A stretch of DNA of 61,986 nt, counting the filler. It is 10 parts of 10 records of this genome, joined end to end, with 100 filler letters (N's around TTAATTAATTAA, not from the genome) between each part and the next. Parts side by side here need not be neighbours in the genome. Positions count along the whole stretch, not along the records: positions 20,599 to 27,352 come from SRR7504441_5253; positions 27,453 to 30,994 come from SRR7504441_5255; positions 31,095 to 37,344 come from SRR7504441_5257; 7 more parts are not named here. The stretch is one strand, 5' to 3'. Below, one piece after another: positions 20,599 through 32,752 of this stretch. A model generated the notes under the pieces. The model saw only the letters and a program-made list of their open reading frames with translations. It made no database searches and was not told the origin of the DNA. A program made the translations under genes and the position numbers. How positions within the stretch are numbered: position 1 is the stretch's first letter; each line of letters begins with the position of its first letter.

Positions 20599-21431
20599 TA
20601 CTCCTTCCGATTTTGGCACATAATCACATTCTTCACAGCATCATCGCATGGTCCCTTGACCGAGTCTATGGAGGCATCAGGGCTGTCCCCCTCTGGAGGG
20701 TACCCTGCACGTACTACCGACTTTTTCAACGGCATCCACGAAACTAGCTCCCCGGTCAACATGGTGAGCCCGCTCAATCCTGGGACGTCACTACCAGGAG
20801 TTGTCCTCGCAGCTTCTCTGAGGCCTGTGATAGAAGCCCAGTACAGATCTGTCCAGTTGTCTAGAAGCCCCTCAGTCTCGTCAGGAATACTGGAGTGTAA
20901 TATGGCAAACCATGTTTCTTCAAGAGTGGGTCTCTTGTCTGGTGGGCTTCGGGTCCAATCTTCAGGAGGAAAACTGGCCTTTCCGAGTCTTGTGAACGTC
21001 CTGCAGGCGGCACTCAGGCCGGAGACGGACTGCGAGCTCACCCGTCCTCGACAAAGTGCATATTGTATGCGACAGCACAGTAGAAATCAACCAACCGCTT
21101 TGAGTCAGCATAGTCAGGCTGCTCACCAGCAATGATCGCTTCAACGATTGAGCGCTGGACGGTGTGCAGGGCGCTTTGCGGAGACCTACTCTCCACAGCT
21201 GCCGGGGCCGGAGACGAGCCGTTGTGGGTGGCCACCACCTGCAGGCGGCACTCAAGCCGGGGGACGGACCACGAGCTTACGACCAGAGCGACGGCAAGCC
21301 CCGCCACCAGGAATCCCATGATCACGGCCGGCCAGCTCCACGACTCCTCCCAGTCGCCTTCAGGAGCGGCCGGCGCCTCGACGTCCGCCCCCGCCGGCAG
21401 CAATGGCGTCGCCAATTCAGTCGCAGCCATT
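20599..21431 (-). CDS. hypothetical protein with N-terminal TM; spliced, 3' truncated
   Basis: TM segment PAVIMGFLVAGLAVALVV; frames continue across short introns to the contig end. Confidence 0.45.
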
Positions 21432-21732
21432 GATGCAGCGACAGCGGCCTGGCCGATTGCAGGGTCAGTGCTGAATACTACCCGCACCGCGGCACCGCGA
21501 CTGGCCACTACGGAAGAGGCACAGAACGAGTGTCACATAGGAGTAGGTTGGAGATCATCCGTTGATGCATTTGCATCAAAATCCTCTGTCTTGAAGGGTA
21601 CTTAAAGGGTACTCGTACGGTAACTCATACAATCGTAATTATCGACCAACAGCATCGAAAACCAACCGTTCTACGTTTCGGTCATAATTGTCGATCGATT
21701 ATACCGAATATACAGTACATGTACTGTACGCT

Positions 21733-24700
21733 TTAGTATTCTTCGATTGCGAGTCCACTTTGATCAGATCTGCATCCGATTCTAAGTCCGTCATATACGA
21801 TCATCCAGCAATCATGATTGTACCAGTGGTGGACTAAATATCGTTCAAATGCACTTCTAATTCTTCGCCGCCATGTCCCGGGAGCCATGAGCCTATGACT
21901 TTGCCCATTGCTGTGCCCCAAGATCATCAGTCATTGCATATAACCTAAAAGGCCACCAAAATTGATGAGTCGCTGAGCAAACTACGAATGCTTTCAGCAT
22001 CCTGCCACGGGCCCAATGTTATTGTTGGGTTGTCACAATGGGTAAAGCGAGCTTCTTGCCTGGTTCAATGTCGCATGCGGACAGATGTCCTCGCCAATTT
22101 TGTCAACACTTGGATCCCTCGGGATGCCATGGTACAGCAGCAACGTCATCAAGCGATCCAGATGGTCAAACGGAAACCAAACCTGCATCAGATTTGAACA
22201 CACAATGACTTGCCACGGCACAGCCCACCTTGGCCATTGGGTGTAATTCGCTCGGGTTATTGCGTTGGTGAGTGGTTGCATTCTGATGGGCTCTCAGGGC
22301 GTCCTGAACTAGAATTGCTGCCTGTGGACAAGGTTGCTGAGCACATCATATTAAGCTGTGGTCACCTCGTGTAGAAGAGAAGGGGTGTGGTGTTTGACTG
22401 CTAACATGATGACAGTTGTCAACAAAGACATTCCGAGCAGCCCACTTTTCTCAAAAAAGTTGACATGCACTCCTACCGCCAGGGAGTCGTCTTCTGGAAG
22501 GCTGTGCTCAATCTCGAGGCCTAGGCTGCACTCGATACAACTGCGCAATAATAGTGCGTTAAGGCCAGACACATATCACTGATGGCACCTCCTGAAGCTG
22601 TGAAGGAGGATGACAGGGAACCCAAGCCGGCTATCCTCGCAAAGTATTTGATCAAGCACAGCTTTGTGCAGTTCAAAGCTTGGACTCCTGCCATTTATAC
22701 TCTCGTGTTGCTGGTCGTGCTCTATCAGCAGCCGGCATAGCAACTTCCATTCGTCAGTATCGCGGACTAGACTTGCTCGTGCTGTGTTGACGGCCGATGC
22801 GACTCGCTTTGGGGCCTGCTCCATAATGGATCGCGCACCGCGCATGTGTGACTGGATGCAGTCAGAGGCAAGTTGCTCAAAGATGGGAATCAAACTCATG
22901 TCATAGATCGCACAGAGCTCAGCAGCTGGCTCATACAATGCACACTGCAGGAGCTTGTTCACGATCTCTTGCACTTCTGAGCACGGTGGTGGCAGCACTG
23001 CAGCATGTCGCTCTGCACTGGCATGCACGGACTTGCGTGCTAATGCCACGTAAGCCCTGGTCACAGCACACCACTGTTCCACCTGCTTGCTTGCCATGAC
23101 TACTCGAGCCTTGTGCTCCAAATTTGCATCTGACGAGACCTCTGCCTCTGATTCCTCCCCTGGAACAAGCACCGCAATGAGGCAGTGTGAGGCAGCACAG
23201 GCTATCATACCATTTCGCTTGCGCTTGTTCACAACAGGCATTTCGCGATAATCACACAAGATGTATCGTCCCCCATTCTCAGCGCCAGACAAACTGCTCG
23301 AGTGGCTCACTGGCTTGACTAGTTGAAGCGCATTAGCTGCCGCTGCATAGCTACTCGCCTGCTGCTCCAGCGCCTCCAGCGAATTCTTATTGTTTGATTG
23401 AGTCAACCTCTGTGCTTTTTCCAGGGCAGCAGCTGCCACACTGCGATACATATTGCGCGAGCTCAGGTAGGCGTGTAGCACATCGTAGTAGCTTAGGTCG
23501 TGATGCCTGGCTTCCTCCCATAGTACCGACTCCACCTCTACTTCCAGCCCAATCAAAGGTACCAAACAGAGTGCCTCGATATCCCTCACACAGCTTCTGA
23601 TTGGCACAAGTGCCTTTACCAGCTGCCTCACAGCTGTCTTGCGATGAGAGGCCGGGAGTCGATGTAGACTGGCTACCACCTGGTCAAGCACCGCTTGGCT
23701 CCGTGGCGGACTCTCCTGCAGCAACCAATCAGAAACCATAGCTGCGGCCTACATACCCGCAGTTTCTCGAGAGATGCTCGGAAGAGCATCTGAAGCATCT
23801 GATCCCGAGCATCCTGCACAGATATGGCGCTAGATTCACCATCATCTGCGTCCATTTCGTCCGTGTCCATTCCTTGCATACTGCTACACTGTTCAATTGC
23901 TGACAATGCAGCGTACGAGAGCTCAATCACACCGTCCCACGCTTTGCTCCGTTGCACCAGCTCAATCACACCCCTTCCTGCATTCATGAAGTATGAGTAC
24001 ATGCTTTCCCATGTAGGGCTCTGGCTGCTCACTGCCCTAGCACACCAAAGCTCGCGTAACAATTCAGAAGTAGGAACTGCCACAGGAGCTGCAGCTAAGA
24101 AGTACTCACTGGCCTGGCTGAACAAATGCTGAGCACCAGTTGCGCGGGCGGAGGAGTGCACTCGCAGCTCCAGCACCTTGGAGGTCTGAAGCAGGGTGGT
24201 GAGCTGGTTGGTGCTCATTGTAGCCACATTGATACCATTCACCAGCATTATGATATCGCCTATCCTCAGTTGGTCGCTTTGTCCAGCGACACTGTCCTCT
24301 TCCATCCCAACAATGATCAGACCATCAGACGACCCATGAAGCATCAGCCCAAGAACCTCCGAACCCTCGGTTTTCTCCAACACAACTGTCTCCATGGCGC
24401 TGTCATTCCGCTGGTCATGATGTACAGATGCCTTTTCATTCTCGCCCATCTGCAAACAGCTGCAGCCGCGGAGATACATTAGGGCCGGTGTGTCTGCTTG
24501 GTCACCAAGATGCTTGAACAAAGCCTCAAGTGTGCGATGCTCACTATGTTGATGCAGGAACTGGCAAAGTTTCACAGTCTCATCCCGCTGCCCGTGCCGC
24601 TCTAAGCAAGATACTGTCATGATTGCTGTAAGTGAGACAGCGGCTAGGGCAACTGCTGGTACCCCCTGAAGCTCACTTGCAGTGCTCAGCTCCTCGCGGT

Positions 24701-27272
24701 GCACATCTAAATAGAGCGCCATCACCGACTGTTCACACATGGACCCACTCTGTCCACGCGCATGAGCTGCGCTTTCGCTCAGGATCGCCATGCTCCGTTC
24801 AGGCTCGAGGTGGGTCCGTCCCAGCAGCGGCTGCAGCGCCAGCCAGTTTGCGACAAACAGTGCCTTGAAGAGCCTCATCACCTCAACCAGCAGTTGCTTG
24901 GCCCGACCAGCGTACCCGGCGCAATGGGGAATACAGCCCAAGTAAGACAGTTCGTCAGAGTGTACGTTGGGCAGCACGACAAATGTGAGCAGCATAGCCA
25001 GGCGCTTGACCAATTCCAGTCGCTCATAAAGTAGACTCCGCGCCAGCCTAATCACAAGAGTGTCAGGTGCCACCCACTGCCTCGAGGCTGGAGAAGGCTC
25101 ACTTGCAGGCATCCGGCTCAGTCCAGCCGTCAGCTGCTTAATGCTGTCAAGGAAGGATGCAAACCCATCAGCAGCTTGTGGTGCCACAGGGAACTGATCA
25201 ATCAAATGCACAAGCTCGAGTCTGGCTTCAAGGCTCATTTGCTTGAGCAGCAACTGGTGTATGTCGTGCAGCATGGGCGGTTGGTTGATCTTGAACCCCT
25301 CTAGTTCGCCCATTTTGCCTAGCAATAGCTGCAGGTGTCTGCTGGGCTCGCTGTCCATTGGACTTGGAGAACATGAGATTGAAGAGACATCCAGCAACAA
25401 GCTGACTGCATGCCTCCGGATCACCATTAATGAGTCTGGCTGTCCGGACTGACAGGCCACTGAGAGCGCCACTGGGCCGCACAGCTCAGCACTTGCCTCC
25501 CGCGTGTACACTGCCAGCTTGGTCGCAATCTCAATTTGACGCTCTGCATTGGCCCAAGTAAGAAGGCTGAGAACAGCACGAGCGATCTCGTGTGGCTGTG
25601 GAGTTTCAGGGAGCTGTGGCGTAGACACGGCCTCGTTCTGCAGCCGGATTAGTGCTTTGTGCAGAGGCAGCATCTGTGATGGTCCACAGCCAAGCCCGAG
25701 CAGTGCAGCTGCAACCCCAGCTGCAACGGCAGACCTGTATGCAGTAGGATCCGAACGGATCGAATCGCAGGTAGCAGGGTCGCCCTGGAGCTGGCAGCCA
25801 GTATCTGAGATATCCAAGCACCAACCAGGCTGAACAAGCACACTCATGATCTCTCTAGTCTGCTCAGGCAGAACGTCGTCCAAGAATAACCCCATCTCAA
25901 CTAAACCAATAGCACGCCACTCGTGCCCCTGTTGGGCCACAGTATGACAGCTGGCCTGCCAATGCGCTGTGCTAGTGGACTGCAACTCGACCAGCACGCA
26001 CTGCATAGCCGTGGTGAGCATGACCGCAGATTCGTCATTTTGGTCCACCTCTGGCACCTGTGTCGAATCGACCAGCATCATCAACCTGTTCTGGCACGGG
26101 TCCACTTCGTAATGTACCAGCTGCCCGGCCGCCGCGTCCAATCTCTCCATCGGATTCCAGCACTCGGGCTCCGCCCCCCAGCGACACGATCCATCCCGTT
26201 GGGGCATCACCTGGCCAGAAGCTCAGCAGCAGCTGGTGGGTAAGGCGGCCTGGTGGGCGTAGACGCAGTACGAACCCTGAGTGGCCATGCCGATCATGAG
26301 CCGCACTGGTTGGTGGGCCTCCTGTGAGCCTGCCAGGATGTTCCCACAGCTGGGCACCTGCAGCTGCGCTCAGCCAAATCTAGGCACTAGGCACCAGGTC
26401 CATTGGCTGCGTGATCGGCCTGTGCGGGCCCGTGACTGAGACCTCGTAGCACTGTCCTCGTGACCACAGCCGCAGCATGTGGTCGGTGCATGCTCCGATG
26501 ACGCTCCATACTACCCCCAGCTCCGCCTCCTGAGCACAGACCAGATGCAGACTGCAGATTTCGAACCCGGTCGAGGCGCCGCCCCACAGGCTCTTGACTG
26601 GAGTTAGGATCCGGCCCACCATACCGTGCACTGCAGTGACTTCATGCGGCTCGTACCCAGGCTCGACTCGCCAACACTTTCCCCCGGGCGCTCCGATCGC
26701 CGTGCACAGACTACTGCCCTGGGTGGTCTCGCACAGATCGCACCCAAACGCGACAGCCTGTGGGACGTGGAAGTTCAACTGCTCGGTGTGCGGCTGGACT
26801 GCATCGTCGAAGAAGGAGCCCAGCTGCGGCGGCTTGCGCCAGGTCACCCGAAAGATGCCCCCCCGGCTGGCAGTCGCGCACACGAAAGTGAGCATGTCAG
26901 GGTCGTGACAGAACAGCCGCCCCCCGGGGAGCAGGTTCCCGCCAAAGCATAGCAGCGTGCCTCGTCCGCCCGGGCTGCACCCAGTCTCGGCCAGCCGCAC
27001 CTGCCCGGCGTTCGACCGGCGGGTGGGGCGCGGGGCTGCCTGCGAGCCGGTAACCATAAAGAACCAGCGGCGGTCGGTGACGCCCTGACTGGCGCCCTGC
27101 AATTGACAGTCTCGACCGGCGTACGCATACGGCGCTGCGGCCCGGCTCGCAAGCAGCCGGGCTGAGGGTGGCGGGCACCTGAGTCGTCGTCGTCGATGTT
27201 CTGCGGGCCTATGTGCTCCACTCTCCATTGGTCGCTGTGCAGCTCGAAGTACGGTACCTCCAGCAGCGCCAT
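21733..27272 (-). CDS. NUP160: nucleoporin Nup160/Nup120 with internal PDZ insertion; multi-intron, ends approximate
   Basis: YYDVLHAYLSSRNMYRSVA..LEQQASSYAAAANALQLV, LIPIFEQLASDC and WFPFDHLDRL resemble Nup160 C-terminal segments; N-terminal beta-rich region (CTDHMLRLWS). Confidence 0.8.
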
Positions 27273-27616
27273 TCGGGCACGGCTCGAAGCAACCCGCTCG
27301 CGCTCGGTGCGCCGCCCCGGCTCGGGCCTTTCGTAAGCCTCGCTGTTGTTGTNNNNNNNNNNNNNNNNNNNNNNNNNNNNNNNNNNNNNNNNNNNNTTAA
27401 TTAATTAANNNNNNNNNNNNNNNNNNNNNNNNNNNNNNNNNNNNNNNNNNNNGCGAAGAACTGATCGAAATCGTCGTCCATCGCTCCGGCGGACAGGAGC
27501 GGTGCCCTGGAGGTGAGTGCCGTTTCGACCGTTGGCTTGCCGCCCCTACCGTCCCTACTACCTGGTAGAGCCCTCCGAGCAGAGCACCCGCAAGAGGCGC
27601 TCCGCGGCTCGCGGGG

Positions 27617-30600
27617 ATGGGCTTGCTGTTCAACCTCGGGTCGTACGCGGCCGATGCCTCGTTCCGGGTCGGCAACTTCATGGCGCGCACGGTCTCAGGG
27701 ATGGGGGTGCCCCGGCCTGAGCACAGCCGGCTGACGGCTGGCCAGATCCCTGAGACCGTACTTTGGTTCCTCCGGAGCTACGTCTCGATCGCGCCAGGCA
27801 CCGAGATGTCCACCAGTCCGATCCACTTCAAGGTGACGGAGATCACGCTCACGTCCTACTCCGTCGACCTCATCTATCAGCTCACTGGTGCGCCGCACGC
27901 TCGATCCCCCCGCCCGTGCCGAGCTCACGGGGGCACAGGGCTGGTGATTGAGGCGGTGATCGGGAGCTTTGAGTTCTCGCTGGCCTGGGACCCGGACTCC
28001 AGCGCCTTGGGCTCACCCAGGCAGGCCAACAGGGTCTTCTTCGACGCCGAGGAGCCCCCTTCGCACAAGCGGGCCCCTGTGCTTACCGGGGAGCTGGTGG
28101 CACTGTTTGTCGAGAGCGCCGGGCTGCATATTGAGCTGCGCGGGGTCTCATTCAAGCTGTACAGCGATCGGTTTCCCGAATGGTTCAGCAGGCAGCAGGC
28201 CGGCCTCCAGTCAGACAAGCTCGCGATGCCGGAGCCCGAGCACCCAGCGCCGCCGCCGGAGGAGCCGGCCGCGGGGGGCAAGCCGGGGTACTTGCAGAGC
28301 TACGTGATCTCCCCGATACAAGACCAAGTCGGGGCCGTGCTTGGACGAGCCGGTGCTGTCCTCGGCTGCTGGCGAGTTAGCCGGTGCCAGTGTTACAGGA
28401 CTTAAGAGTTGAGGTGCGTGGGCTGACGGCGCGGTACTGCGGGAACCAGGACATGTACGATATGCTCCCGTTCACAGGCTCGGCGGATCTGGAGCTCGAG
28501 GGCTTGCTAGTCTCGAGCATCGGTCAGCACTCGGTGTGGGCCGAGCACTCACCCGGGCGCAGAGTTAGACTTGAAGGCCATGGACGCCTCTGCCGACGGA
28601 GTGGTCACCGCGGATGAGTTTCTGCAAGCCGGCGGCGCCAAGCATGAGTTCGCGCTGCTCGATGCGAACAACGATGGAGTGCTCGACGAGAAGGACGAGG
28701 CGATCAAATGGGCGGGCGGTGCTGCCGTCTCGCCGGCCTGGCTAGCCTGGGCAGGGTGGAAAGGGTTCATGGCTCGCGTGCAGAACATGCCGCTCCAGGC
28801 CCAGATTGGGGCGGTCAGCTGCGCGATCTCTGATAGGAACGGACATAACCAGCTCGCGCTGGTGCGGCTGATGGGCACCGAAGCCGGGCTGGATGCGGCC
28901 AAGGATAAGCCCGGCGCGATGCACTGCTCGGCCCCGGTGCTGTTGCAAGAGCACGCTAAGCTGGAGGGCCCGGCGAGCATCGAGGTCGTGGTCCGGCACG
29001 CTGAGTGGCAAAAGTTCAGGATGGACGCAGTCTTGCATCGACTGCAGGCCGCTCGTAGCCTGAGTGTCTCTGTTGAGCCAGAGCTGGCAGGTGACGGTCG
29101 GCGGCGAAGTGCTGGTCGAGTCCCAGGACCCGACTGTGCCTCTGTGCTCTGTAGAGTTCTGCGATTGGAGCACAGACGAGTCGGCCGAAGCTCTTCAAAA
29201 CCACGAGAAGATGGCCAAGTGCAAGGAGGTGCGCCCGATCAAATCAACTTCGTTCAAATTGCTTTCGCTGCAGGAGGCGCTGGTTGCGCTGCAGCGAGAC
29301 GATTTGGACGAGGTTTATTTGATGCTGCACAAAATGACCAGGAAGATGCACAAGAGGGCTGTGCGGACCGCCCTCACGGATCTCCCCCAGCTGAGTGCAC
29401 GGCTGCAAGTGCTGCAGGTGGTGGCCTCGCCAAAGCTACTCACGCAGCTCTTTCGAGGGATATCCAAGGAGATGCCACAGGATGAGACTCCAGCTTCAGG
29501 GCCACGGAATTATATGCTGGAGCTCACTGTTCTGAGCTGGGAGGCCTGTGAAGGGATCGTTGGCTTCCACGGCACGCAGAATGCCGTCTGCGCTCGGTGT
29601 GGCCTCGTCACAAGCGCCAAGCGGTTCTGGAATTTTCACTCGCCGGAGCTGTGCACCGCATACAAGGCTGAGCGTGATGATATGCTAGTTTCAATAGAGC
29701 CAGATCTTGTAGCGTTAGCAACCACTGTTGGTACAGCGACTGGGTGGCGGGAGCGCGAGTCGGCCCTGGCTGGCTCGGTGAGCTGGCTGCCAGTCCGGCC
29801 CTATTGAAGGGATGGCTGTGGCAGGGTTCGGCACAGGAAATTGTGGCTGCGGCGAGGAAGAAGTTTACTCAGCTTGACGTGGATGGCAATGGAGTGTTGG
29901 ACGGCGGTGAGCTCTCCGGGTTGGTCGATTGGGTTTGCTCGCAGTGCCACCCAAGTCACGCAAAGATGTCCCACGAGCGCAAGGAAGAACTAAAGGCCGA
30001 GCTGACAACCCAGATTGATGCAAACCAGGACGGTGGGCTTGACTGGAGTGAATTTGTGAGATACTTTGGGATGATTTGCGGGTTTGGTAACCCAGCTCCG
30101 GACATCGCCGAGGTGCATTTACCTGATAAATCGCACCCGATTGAATCCATGCCAGATGCATTCGCCGCATCTGCCTCCGCCAGCATTTGTTAATCCGATC
30201 AACCTGGACATTATGGCGGCATCTCCACACATTGTGCTTCCAATCGAGGCTTCGGAGGGGCTGAGCGAGCTCACAAGCTACGAAGCGCTGCATATCCACC
30301 TGGGCCAGATTGTTGTGCAGTCTGTCAGCCCAACCAAACTGGCAATTGAGGTGTGCTGCAACAGATTCAAGACTGAGGCTTGGTTCGCAGATCACTCCAG
30401 ACCTTAGCATACTCGGCCGGGAGACCGCTCTGGTCGCCTTGAGTTGGCTATGGGAGGGCGTTGGGCCTCGCCCAGGTCGAGGTTTTGACCCGTCTGGAGC
30501 TTCACCAGGTTCAGACCCGATGATGCTGGAGCACAGCTGCATTGTGGACCTCGTTGGGCCTGACACCCTGGGAGGAGATGCTCCCGCGGTCAACAAGATT

Positions 30601-30994
30601 CAAGTGACTGTGACCATGTCGGACAGCGAGCTGAGTGATATAGCGAAGACTGAATGGGAATTTGAGAAAATTGGCCACATCAAGTATGAGAGCCGGCACC
30701 TGCATGTGGTGGTTGACAGCCCAGGTATGAGCTTGGGCAGCAGCAGCTGAGTGATGGCCAGGGATCAACGTTCACTTCGACCGCCGGTGGATGCCAGTGC
30801 TGCTGCTGCGTCTAAAGGGGGCACTAAAAGCGCTGAATGAGCCGGAGGTGACTAGACCGGCTGTAGCCCATGCGATGGCGCTCGACTAAGGGATTGATGG
30901 CACAGGAACCACTCGATTCGGATGGTAACGCGATCAAAGCAATTGCTGAGATGCAGCAGAAAATGAAAAGCTTAAATGATGACTTGACTGAGAA
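27617..30994 (+). CDS. large EF-hand protein, possibly VPS13/RBG lipid-transfer family; spliced, 3' truncated
   Basis: EF loops DASADGVVTADE, DANNDGVLDEKD, DVDGNGVLDGGE, DANQDGGLDWSE; NLDIMAASPHIVLP..LHIHLGQIVV resembles a VPS13 repeat strand motif. Confidence 0.5.
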
Positions 30995-31235
30995 NNNNNN
31001 NNNNNNNNNNNNNNNNNNNNNNNNNNNNNNNNNNNNNNTTAATTAATTAANNNNNNNNNNNNNNNNNNNNNNNNNNNNNNNNNNNNNNNNNNNNACAGTA
31101 ATTACATTGTAATGTAATGAGCCTTGGCTGTAATGCCAACCTTGGCCACATTCAGTCATTTGCCGCTTCTGATGATGCGAGTATTATTTATTCCGGCCCG
31201 GGGCGGCGCCCGGCAACAGCAGACAGGAGTGACGC

Positions 31236-32543
31236 ATGCTGTGGGTGGGCACGGCGGTGGGGGCGGCTGCAGTGGCCTTTGCGGCTGTGCGCCGGCGGCC
31301 CAGCCGGCCGGGCTCGGGACCCGGGGCTCCGCTGGCCTCGCTCACGGCGCACGAGGCTGTCTATCTCGATTGGAATGCCACCACGCCGATCTTCCCGGAG
31401 GTGACCGCCGCCATGCTGCCCTTCACCAGCTGCTGCTTCGGCAACCCCAGCTCGAGCTCAGTGTTCTCGGCCCCGTGCCGGGCGGCGGTGGATCTGGCCC
31501 GGCAGCAGGCGGCCGATCTGCTCGGGGCGGCCCCGACCGAGATCGTCTTCACCGGCAGCGGCAGCGAGAGCGACAACACAGCGATCCTGCTCGGGCTGGC
31601 GGCGGGCCGACGGGGCGTTGGGCTACCGCATGTGGTGACCACCAATATCGAGCACCCGGCCATCGAGGCCTGCCTGGCGGTGCGCGAGGCGGCGGGCGAG
31701 CTGCGGGCAACAAGGGTTCCGGTCGACCACGAGGGGCGGGTGTCCGCGGAGGCAGTGCTGGGCGCGATCACGGCGGACACGGTGCTGGTGACCGTGATGC
31801 ACTCCAACAACGAGGTGGGCAGCCTGCAGCCGATCCGGGCGATCGCAGAGGGATGCCGAGCGAGGGGAGTGCTCTGCCACACGGATGCAGCGCAGTCGTG
31901 CGGCAAGGTCTCAGTTCGGCTGGACGAAGGCCCAGTGGATATGATGACAGTTGTCGGCCACAAGTTTGGCTGCCCAAAGGGTGTCTCCTTCCTGTACATA
32001 CGCGACGGGTGCCTGGCTGAGGCAGGCCGGTCACCCCCGGTGAACGTAGGACAGCACGGGATAATGCTGTTAGGAGGAGGCCAGGAAGCCGGCCGTCGGG
32101 CCGGGACTGAGAATGTGCTTCTAATTGCGGCTCTTGGCGCTGCCTGTGCTATTGCCAAATCCGAGCTCGACTGCACAGCAGCACACATGAATATGCTGAG
32201 GTCGAGACTGCTCAGTCGACTACAAGCAGCAGAGGGGCTGCAGGTGAGAGCGAATGGCCCAGCCGATCCGATGGCACGGTTGCCCAACACGCTGAGTGTT
32301 GGCTTGCGCGGAGTGCAGGCAGGCAGGCTGCTCTCCTCGATTAGTGCTAAAGTGGCAGCATCAGCTGGAAGTGCGTGTCATACGGGCGGGGGTGTCAGTG
32401 CCATCTTGCAAGCATTATCAGTGCCAAAGGAATATGCAGTGGGCACTTTGAGATTGAGTGTTGGCCGACACACCACGATAGCAGACATAGATAAAGCAGC
32501 CGACATCATCATACGCGCAGCCCTTTTGCAATTGTCAAAGTAG
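31236..32543 (+). CDS. PLP-dependent cysteine desulfurase / selenocysteine lyase (group I NifS family)
   Basis: YLDWNATTP, FGNPSS, NIEHPA, NNEVG, HTDAAQ, VGHKF (PLP lysine), RAGTENV, SAGSACH (catalytic Cys); intronless. Confidence 0.92.
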   Translation: MLWVGTAVGAAAVAFAAVRRRPSRPGSGPGAPLASLTAHEAVYLDWNATTPIFPEVTAAMLPFTSCCFGNPSSSSVFSAPCRAAVDLARQQAADLLGAAPTEIVFTGSGSESDNTAILLGLAAGRRGVGLPHVVTTNIEHPAIEACLAVREAAGELRATRVPVDHEGRVSAEAVLGAITADTVLVTVMHSNNEVGSLQPIRAIAEGCRARGVLCHTDAAQSCGKVSVRLDEGPVDMMTVVGHKFGCPKGVSFLYIRDGCLAEAGRSPPVNVGQHGIMLLGGGQEAGRRAGTENVLLIAALGAACAIAKSELDCTAAHMNMLRSRLLSRLQAAEGLQVRANGPADPMARLPNTLSVGLRGVQAGRLLSSISAKVAASAGSACHTGGGVSAILQALSVPKEYAVGTLRLSVGRHTTIADIDKAADIIIRAALLQLSK

Positions 32544-32752
32544 CGAGGTAATAGCACCGCGTCACGTTTTCAAGGCTCCATTTTGTGATTTTCGTCCTCA
32601 CTGGCTTATCACTGGCTATGCTCATTATATGCTCATTAGACTCATTTGTAGGCATTACTTGCTAGAGGTGAATCAATGTAGATAAACTAGATATTCATTA
32701 AAATAAAATTGCAAAACGTTCGTATCAATGCAGTTCACTGCTAGAGCTCTAA

